Below, one piece after another: positions 57,696 to 64,000 of a DNA stretch of 64,000 nucleotides (within the stretch, counting starts at the first letter, position 1; each line of letters starts with the position of its first letter). Position numbers and translations under genes: made by a program. The notes beneath the pieces were generated by a model. It had not been told where the DNA came from. It did no database searches and saw nothing but the letters and a program-made list of their open reading frames with translations. The stretch covers positions 24,845 through 88,844 of the forward strand of contig CAZGNO010000001.1 of assembly GCA_964527785.1 (NCBI GenBank), written 5' to 3'. The stretch is from an uncultured Chitinophagaceae bacterium (GTDB taxonomy: Bacteria > Bacteroidota > Ignavibacteria > Kapaibacteriales > UBA961).

Positions 57696-59882
57696 ATGCC
57701 CAAGAAAAAAACTCCTTCTCCTGATGTTTCAACTTCAGAACCCGATTTGGGTCAAAAAATTTATGCTATTCTGGACAGCCATGCTCCGGCAACCCTGCGC
57801 CTTATTGATATTGCCAAACTTCTCAAACTATCATCCGATACACCGGAATATGAGTCTCTACGTGCAGAAATCAATACGCTTGTGCAGAACAAAACAATCC
57901 ATAAGTCGGCTCGCAGACGCTTTGGTCTAAAGCCCGTTTCTCAAAATACAACCCTCTTCGAGGGAACATTGAAGTATGAGCATAATCGTGGCTTGATTAC
58001 TACAGAATCATCCGAATTTCCGGTTATCTATATTCGTCAGCAATACTTAGCTACTGCACTTGATGGTGACAGGGTGCAAGTAAAATTACTCGCGCTCAAA
58101 AAAGATAAAAAACCATATGGTACAGTTCTCAATGTTACGAAACGTGCGAATACCCCAATTGCCGGAACACTCGAGTTTGACGGTGATTTTTACTTTCTGG
58201 TTCCTGATGAGGACAAACACTATCTGGATTTCCTTATTCCCCCCAAGAAACTGAACGGTGCAACAAAAGGTGATAAAGTACTGGGGCGGTTTCTCCGATG
58301 GGAAGATGCTCACAAAAGTCCCGAAGCTGAAATCATGGAAGTATTGGGACGTTCGGGTAATCCGTCGGTTGAATTTGCTGGGGTACTCAAGGAATTTGGA
58401 TTGCCTGCTAAATTTACGGAACAGCTCGAAGAACAAGCCAGAAAAGCTGCCGTACAGCCGACATCTAAGGCAATTACCAACGGACGTATTGACCTCCGTA
58501 ATGAGGAAATTATTACCATTGACCCTGATGACGCTCGCGACTTTGATGACGCACTTTCGCTGACTATTTTAGGAAACAAGAATTACCGGTTGGGTGTGCA
58601 TATAGCTGATGTTACGTATTATTTAGAAGAAGGTACTCCCCTCGATGAAGAAGCATACAACCGTGCCAACAGTACATATCTTGTGGATAGAGTCGTACCC
58701 ATGTTACCCGAATCCCTCTCGAATGATGTTTGTTCGCTCGTTCCGGGTAAAATTCGGTTTGCGTATTCTGTGTTTATGGAATTCACCCCTAAAGGAATCC
58801 TCAAAAAATATGAAATAGCCGAGACAGCCATCAAAAGTAAGAAACGGTTTACTTATAATGAGGTGCAACACATCATTGAATCGGGCAAAGGGAAGCACCT
58901 CGAGCTCATTACCAACCTTTTCAATCTGTCTAAAATATTACGGGGAAAACGGTTTGAAAAAGGCGGTTTGGATTTCGAGACCACCGAAACCAGATTTCAA
59001 TTGGACGAAACGGGAAGTCCGATAAAAGCGATAATAAAAAGCGGGAATGATGCTACAAAACTGGTAGAAGAATGTATGCTTGCTGCCAATCAAACAGTTG
59101 CTCTGCACATCAAAACCATAAGCAAACAGATGAAGCTGCGTAATCCATTACCGTTTTTCTACCGGATTCACGACTCTCCCGATGCTGCAAAACTGAAGGA
59201 CGTGTTGAATTTTGTACGCTCACTTGGCGTAAAGACAAAACTGGAAAATCTCACCTCGAAAGAAATAAATCATTTACTTCAACAAGTGGATGAATTGCCT
59301 GAGAAAAAGGTGATTCATCAATTTATGCTGCGGGCAATGGCAAAAGCAGTCTATTCAGAGAAAAACATCGGGCACTTTGGGCTTGGATTTAGCGATTACT
59401 CGCATTTTACCTCGCCTATTCGCCGCTATCCCGATGTTATCATTCATCGCTTGCTCAAGGAGTACGCTCTTGAATTGCCCTCACCGCAACGGATTGTAGC
59501 GTGTAATACTCAGCTTTCCGCTGCATCGTCTCACTGTTCTCTTCGGGAACGGCAGTCGGTAGAGGCAGAGCGCGCATCAACGAAGCTGGCACAAACCATT
59601 CTCGCTCAAAAATGTTTGGGGCATGAATTTAATGCGGCAGTTAGCGGCGTAACAAGTTTCGGTGTGTTTGTTCTGCTCGATGAGGTAGGAATAGAAGGGT
59701 TGCTCCATATTCGAGATTTGACGGATGATTACTATATTTTTGATGAAAAGAATTTCCAGCTGATAGGACGCAGGCGCAAACAGTCCTATCGAATAGGAAC
59801 ACGATTGCGGATACAAATAGTGAATGTCAATCTGGACAAGAGGGAAGTTAATCTTCGACTTGTGGGTAATGTAGAAGAATAA
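57696..59882 (+). CDS. rnr: ribonuclease R
   Basis: 728 aa with an N-terminal HTH-like region, cold-shock domains, the RNB catalytic domain (TIDPDDARDFDDALS … HFGLGFSDYSHFTSPIRRYPD) and a C-terminal S1 domain. Confidence 0.9.
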   Translation: MPKKKTPSPDVSTSEPDLGQKIYAILDSHAPATLRLIDIAKLLKLSSDTPEYESLRAEINTLVQNKTIHKSARRRFGLKPVSQNTTLFEGTLKYEHNRGLITTESSEFPVIYIRQQYLATALDGDRVQVKLLALKKDKKPYGTVLNVTKRANTPIAGTLEFDGDFYFLVPDEDKHYLDFLIPPKKLNGATKGDKVLGRFLRWEDAHKSPEAEIMEVLGRSGNPSVEFAGVLKEFGLPAKFTEQLEEQARKAAVQPTSKAITNGRIDLRNEEIITIDPDDARDFDDALSLTILGNKNYRLGVHIADVTYYLEEGTPLDEEAYNRANSTYLVDRVVPMLPESLSNDVCSLVPGKIRFAYSVFMEFTPKGILKKYEIAETAIKSKKRFTYNEVQHIIESGKGKHLELITNLFNLSKILRGKRFEKGGLDFETTETRFQLDETGSPIKAIIKSGNDATKLVEECMLAANQTVALHIKTISKQMKLRNPLPFFYRIHDSPDAAKLKDVLNFVRSLGVKTKLENLTSKEINHLLQQVDELPEKKVIHQFMLRAMAKAVYSEKNIGHFGLGFSDYSHFTSPIRRYPDVIIHRLLKEYALELPSPQRIVACNTQLSAASSHCSLRERQSVEAERASTKLAQTILAQKCLGHEFNAAVSGVTSFGVFVLLDEVGIEGLLHIRDLTDDYYIFDEKNFQLIGRRRKQSYRIGTRLRIQIVNVNLDKREVNLRLVGNVEE

Positions 59883-59952
59883 CGAGGTTTGTTTCTACAG
59901 TAAAAAGAAAAACAGTATATTTACAGGTTGTTTTCTTACTTTATTGATTTAA

Positions 59953-60750
59953 ATGAAATCTGCTTCAATTGATATAGGCAATAGCCGTGTTAAAGTTCTC
60001 AGCGAAGAATATGGTTTTGCCGCGTTCGAAATCGGTGAAGCGGATGGCAGTTGGTTAGAGGATTTGCTTGCATTTATTGAAAAACATGATACATCATATT
60101 CATGGGGTATTTCTTCGGTAAATCCCGATACTGAAACAGAAGTCATTGATATGCTGATAGATCGCTCAATCACAATTGTTTCGGCGGAATTTCTGCTTTA
60201 CAACCAAACCCTTATTGATGTTTCGCAAGTGGAAGGAGCGGGAAGTGATAGAGTCTTTGGTGTAATCGGTGCTTTGAAGTATGCTACTCCTCCGTTTATC
60301 ACCATAGATTGCGGTACAGCCATAACAATCAATTATCTTGATTCTAACCGTGTCTTTCGTGGTGGAGCAATTATTCCGGGGATAACTACACAGCTTAGGG
60401 CATTAGAACATTTCACAGGGAAATTACCTCTACTCACTGCTACGTATGATACAGCATCGTATGGTACCACTACCTCACAAGCAATGACAATCGGGACGTT
60501 ATGGGGAGCTATTGGGGCAATTAGAGAGATTGTTTCTCGGATAGGGAAAGCAATAGGAAGTGAATCAATTCCTATAATAATAACAGGCGGTGAACATTTG
60601 TTTGTTACATTCGGGTTGGAAGGCATAGAGCTTATTACCTGTCCTCATCTTGTGGTGGAAGGTATCCTTGCTGCTCAAAAGGAGTTTTTTTCAAGTGCCA
60701 ATACAACTGAAAGAACAAATGAGCAAATGGACGTCATTCAGAACTCGTGA
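59953..60750 (+). CDS. coaX: type III pantothenate kinase
   Basis: 265 aa with the N-terminal IDIGNSRVK motif, GSDR and TIDCGTAIT. Confidence 0.8.
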   Translation: MKSASIDIGNSRVKVLSEEYGFAAFEIGEADGSWLEDLLAFIEKHDTSYSWGISSVNPDTETEVIDMLIDRSITIVSAEFLLYNQTLIDVSQVEGAGSDRVFGVIGALKYATPPFITIDCGTAITINYLDSNRVFRGGAIIPGITTQLRALEHFTGKLPLLTATYDTASYGTTTSQAMTIGTLWGAIGAIREIVSRIGKAIGSESIPIIITGGEHLFVTFGLEGIELITCPHLVVEGILAAQKEFFSSANTTERTNEQMDVIQNS

Positions 60751-60891
60751 CAGGATGCTAAACTGCTCTACTTTGCATATCATCTTGCAAAGAAATTGTA
60801 CGGAATTAACTGTTTTGCCTACGTAATAACAATGTCTTCGATTATTCTTGATCTTGTACGTAATCTGTTTGTACTTTCAGTCAATATAGTT

Positions 60892-61524
60892 ATGAATCGC
60901 TTTATTCTTTTACTGTTATTATGTAGTGTACCTATGATTGTAAATAGTTGCGGTTCGGACGACAGTTTTGACGGTGAGGGGTATATCGAATTTGATGCTC
61001 ATAGTATTGAAACAGGACGCAAGGAAAAAGATAAGTTCTTTAAGTCAGATTCGCATTCTCCCCTTCTACCCGAACAGCGTACTACATTTACAGGACTGCG
61101 ATATTACCTTCCATCGGAAGAGTATTATGTAAACGCTACATTCGACCAATCGGACAAACCTGATACAATTCAAATGCTTACTTCAAAGCAAAATGATAAG
61201 CGTCTCTACCTTCGCTATGGTTTTTTTACATTTGCAATTGGTGATTCTTCCTACAAACTGACTGCCTTCAAGTCGATTGGCGAAGCAAGTGAAACACTCT
61301 TTGTTCCATTTAAAGATGCAACAAATGGCAAACAGACCTACGGTGCAGGACGGTATCTTGATATTGAGGAGGATGTCGGGGCAGATGAATATACATTGGA
61401 TTTTAACTCTGCCTATAACCCTTACTGTGCATATAATCATGCGTTTAGCTGTCCACTTGTCCCATCGGAAAATGTGCTTGATGTGAGTATTAAATCGGGT
61501 GAGAAAAAGCCGAGTGATGAGTAA
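60892..61524 (+). CDS. DUF1684-like lipoprotein
   Basis: Lipobox (MIVNSCG) and motifs SPL…FTGLRYY, LFVPFKDATNGKQTYGAGRYLD and DFNSAYNPYCAYN…CPLVPSEN. The track ORF starts earlier, at 60796. Confidence 0.65.
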   Translation: MNRFILLLLLCSVPMIVNSCGSDDSFDGEGYIEFDAHSIETGRKEKDKFFKSDSHSPLLPEQRTTFTGLRYYLPSEEYYVNATFDQSDKPDTIQMLTSKQNDKRLYLRYGFFTFAIGDSSYKLTAFKSIGEASETLFVPFKDATNGKQTYGAGRYLDIEEDVGADEYTLDFNSAYNPYCAYNHAFSCPLVPSENVLDVSIKSGEKKPSDE

Positions 61525-61550
61525 CTGTCAGTAATCTATTACATAGAAAA

Positions 61551-62123
61551 ATGATGTACCGCTATTTCCCCCTTTTGATTTTGCTGCTCGTTTCATGCAG
61601 TAATCAACGTCAGCCGGAACAAAAGAATGAAGTTCCTGCTGATAGTGGAATAGAAGTCCAATCTCCGAGCGGACATTTTACGATTGCATTACCACCCGAT
61701 TTCCCGACACCGGAAGCAGACACCCAATTCATCACCACTGCAAGCGACGACACTATTTCGATGTACACCTATATTTCCGAAATCAATCGAGGAATTTGCA
61801 TCTTTGGTTCTAACGAGTATTCATCAACTACGTTTGCTCAGCAGACACCCGATAATATGCTTGATAATGCCCTGAACGGAGCATTAAGACAATGGAGTGC
61901 GCGACTAAGCGAAAGCAAACCATTTATCAAAAATGGGGGAAAGGGCGTGAGCTTTTGGTTTGTTTCCAAAATGGACGGCAAAGACCTCTACGGACGTTTC
62001 GATTATCTGCTCTCAAAACCTCGAATGTATCAAGTAGGGTTTCTTTCTCATGATAAATCAGAAATTCTAAAACCTGACATTCAGAAATACTTTGGTTCGT
62101 TAGCTGTACCGGTGAGGCAGTAA
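61551..62123 (+). CDS. hypothetical lipoprotein
   Basis: 190 aa with a signal peptide and lipobox (LLLVSCS). No motif I recognise. Confidence 0.45.
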   Translation: MMYRYFPLLILLLVSCSNQRQPEQKNEVPADSGIEVQSPSGHFTIALPPDFPTPEADTQFITTASDDTISMYTYISEINRGICIFGSNEYSSTTFAQQTPDNMLDNALNGALRQWSARLSESKPFIKNGGKGVSFWFVSKMDGKDLYGRFDYLLSKPRMYQVGFLSHDKSEILKPDIQKYFGSLAVPVRQ

Positions 62124-62155
62124 GTTTTTTGGTAATATAGAAAAACAAAATAATC

Positions 62156-62497
62156 ATGAACACCCCCGAAGCAGCAGCACAACGACAGCTCGACGCATAC
62201 AATAAGCGTGATATTACTGCTTTTTGCGATGCTTATACGCCGGATGTAGAACTAATCAGTCTTCTTACCGGCGTAGTGTTCTGTTCAGGAATTGAACAAA
62301 TGAAACAGCGGTATGGCGAACAGTTCGCGCGATGCACCGAACTCCACTGTACGGTTACCAAAAGAATTGTTTGCGGGAATGTAGTGATTGACGAAGAACA
62401 GGTGGTAGGATTAGCTGCCGACGGACCTGTTCACGCCACTGCTATTTATGAAATACGGGATGGGCTTATTGCGCGCGGTTGGTTCGTCCGTGAATGA
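62156..62497 (+). CDS. NTF2-fold / SnoaL-like small protein
   Basis: 113 aa. The N-terminal AAQRQLDAYNKRDITAFCDAYTPDVEL pattern is typical of SnoaL/NTF2-like proteins. Confidence 0.5.
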   Translation: MNTPEAAAQRQLDAYNKRDITAFCDAYTPDVELISLLTGVVFCSGIEQMKQRYGEQFARCTELHCTVTKRIVCGNVVIDEEQVVGLAADGPVHATAIYEIRDGLIARGWFVRE

Positions 62498-62614
62498 AAA
62501 AGTAAATTTTTTTAGCCAAATTGCATCAAACATCTGGATAGTTGGCTGATTTTCCGTACATTTGCGTAAAATCATGCAGCAGCAGCATAGTCTGGAACCC
62601 TCCTCTTCGTGTGT

Positions 62615-64000
62615 ATGTACAAACGATCTCTTGATTTCAGAAAAATCATAACTCCTGCAAATTCAACGGAAGTATTTGCAATGCTTGCCGTAATTGGCGG
62701 GCTGTGTATTGCCCTTTTCCTACCTGAACTACCTATTCGCCTCATTGGTGTGTGTGTTTCTGTTTTGGGCGGGGTGGGGTATTTTATGTTAATTTCACAG
62801 AGAATTTCGGAAACGGTGGAGTATACCCGCAAACCCGTGAGCCAGACCACCGCCTTTCGCACGACGGTCAAACGCGACAGTGCAGCCGGAAAGCGAATTG
62901 TGTTTGATGATTTTGCCACGTCATTCGGCGGGGAAGATGATGTTCCTAAAGATACTTCAGCTGATGCTTCCGAAGAACTTCCCAAAAAACCTGCCAAGCG
63001 GTTTGTAGAAACCGAGCAATCATCACCCGATTCAATAGCTGTTACTCCTCGAAAAAGAGCGGTATTTGATGATACAGTTGACTACGACGATTTGCCTCCG
63101 ATGCCCGTACCTGATGATAACAGTATCTCTGAGATGCGCGTTGTAGAAAAAATTGTGGCAACGGGTCAAGAAACGCAAACTGTTGAAATTATTTCTGACG
63201 CAACTTCTGTTAATTTGGCTGTTGAGGAAACTGTCAAATCTCAGGTTGTACTGAACTTTGTACCGAAAACTCCTGCTCCGACGGTTGCTACCGGTCAGAC
63301 GAGTGCGCCGGAGCAAGCAACTGAAGTAAAAACTATTCCTCAAGAAGTTGCGGAAATCGAGCAGGAAGCGCGAGAAGCAGCTGGACATAAACGCGCACGA
63401 TTGAATATTCAAATAGAAGATTTGATGGATGATGACCATTCTGCCATTCTCAACAATGAACCACGTAAAGAATTTGACCACTTGCTTACCCGTGTTTTGA
63501 TGGTTATTCGTTCAGTAACGACTGCAAGAACAGCAGCTTTCTTTTGGGTAAATCATGACAAACGCCAACTCGTTTTAGAATCATTTATTTCGGATAATCC
63601 CGACATTGTCTCTCAGCAAAGAAAATTCCTGCTCAGCGATGATGTCGTCAGTCAGATTGCGGCAAGCGGTCGCCCGGAAATTCTTACAGAAATTAAACCT
63701 GCAGCCGAACTTGACTTGATACCCTACTATGTGCGGGCGGCAGGTACGATTTCGTTTATCGGTGTTCCGGTCTTTTTCGGAAATACGGTGGTTGGGGTGT
63801 TGTGTGCCGATACGAAGCAACCGGATGCCTACGATGCGATAACCGTTGGTTTCTTTGGTCACTTTACGAAACTTATCAGTGGTTTGGTACAAAGCTATAC
63901 CGGAAAATACGACCTGCTTCAAGGAATCCGTGCTTTAGATACAATCAGTAATTTCCGTTCCCTTGTCAATCAGTCGCAGACAGGAGTTGATGATATTTGT
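62615..64000 (+). CDS. membrane-anchored GAF-domain protein (5' partial view; runs off the right edge)
   Basis: Hand translation of the + frame from ATG 62615 (or GTG 62609) is open for 462 codons to the window end. It shows two TM helices (VFAMLAVIGGLCIALF, LIGVCVSVLGGVGYFMLI), an acidic/Pro-rich linker, then a GAF-like segment (TAAFFWVNHDKRQLVLES … FIGVPVFFGNTVVGVLCAD). It is not in the supplied ORF track. Confidence 0.65.
   Translation, partial: MYKRSLDFRKIITPANSTEVFAMLAVIGGLCIALFLPELPIRLIGVCVSVLGGVGYFMLISQRISETVEYTRKPVSQTTAFRTTVKRDSAAGKRIVFDDFATSFGGEDDVPKDTSADASEELPKKPAKRFVETEQSSPDSIAVTPRKRAVFDDTVDYDDLPPMPVPDDNSISEMRVVEKIVATGQETQTVEIISDATSVNLAVEETVKSQVVLNFVPKTPAPTVATGQTSAPEQATEVKTIPQEVAEIEQEAREAAGHKRARLNIQIEDLMDDDHSAILNNEPRKEFDHLLTRVLMVIRSVTTARTAAFFWVNHDKRQLVLESFISDNPDIVSQQRKFLLSDDVVSQIAASGRPEILTEIKPAAELDLIPYYVRAAGTISFIGVPVFFGNTVVGVLCADTKQPDAYDAITVGFFGHFTKLISGLVQSYTGKYDLLQGIRALDTISNFRSLVNQSQTGVDDIC

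Noticed and set aside
62572-63922. Three minus-strand ORFs from the track (141, 149 and 113 aa)
   Set aside because: They lie antisense to a continuous 462-codon + strand frame with TM helices and a GAF signature. Their own translations are Ser/Arg/Cys/Phe-rich nonsense, so I treat them as shadow ORFs.

Overview
The window is a 64-kb chromosomal segment from a low-GC diderm bacterium. It probably belongs to the FCB group (Ignavibacteriota / Bacteroidota / Chlorobiota-like). That guess rests on an adjacent PorU-PorV type IX secretion (T9SS) pair, T9SS C-terminal sorting domains, and a short (~286 aa) Bacteroidetes-type primary sigma factor. Content is mostly housekeeping: bamA, birA, mnmE, mnmG, dapB, anmK, pepF, a split transketolase, cca, maeB, ftsI-like PBP, sua5, ptsH, ferritin, pduO-type adenosyltransferase, an ABC-F ATPase, lipB, rpoD, rpiA, fkpA, rnr and coaX. 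There are four tRNAs: Ala-GGC, Asp-GTC, Thr-CGT and Gly-GCC. Many lipoproteins, outer-membrane proteins and DUF proteins fill the rest. I see no CRISPR array, transposase, integrase, phage module, rRNA or recognisable defence system, and I cannot point to a clear novel multi-gene system. The signals most worth a second look are listed here.
- A dense same-strand cluster of DnaA-box-like 9-mers at 12215-12434, a candidate oriC.
- Three tandem paralogous lipoprotein genes convergent with a DUF4234 membrane protein (26.1-27.9 kb).
- An isolated, GC-richer class B PBP with PASTA domains, flanked by long AT-rich spacers.
- An orphan protein with a FliK-like C-terminus (54.9-55.7 kb).
- Several short palindromic or duplicated intergenic elements.
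- A long GAF-domain ORF running off the right edge. It is absent from the supplied ORF track, which shows only its antisense shadow ORFs.

All functional calls come from motif recognition by eye. No database search was run.
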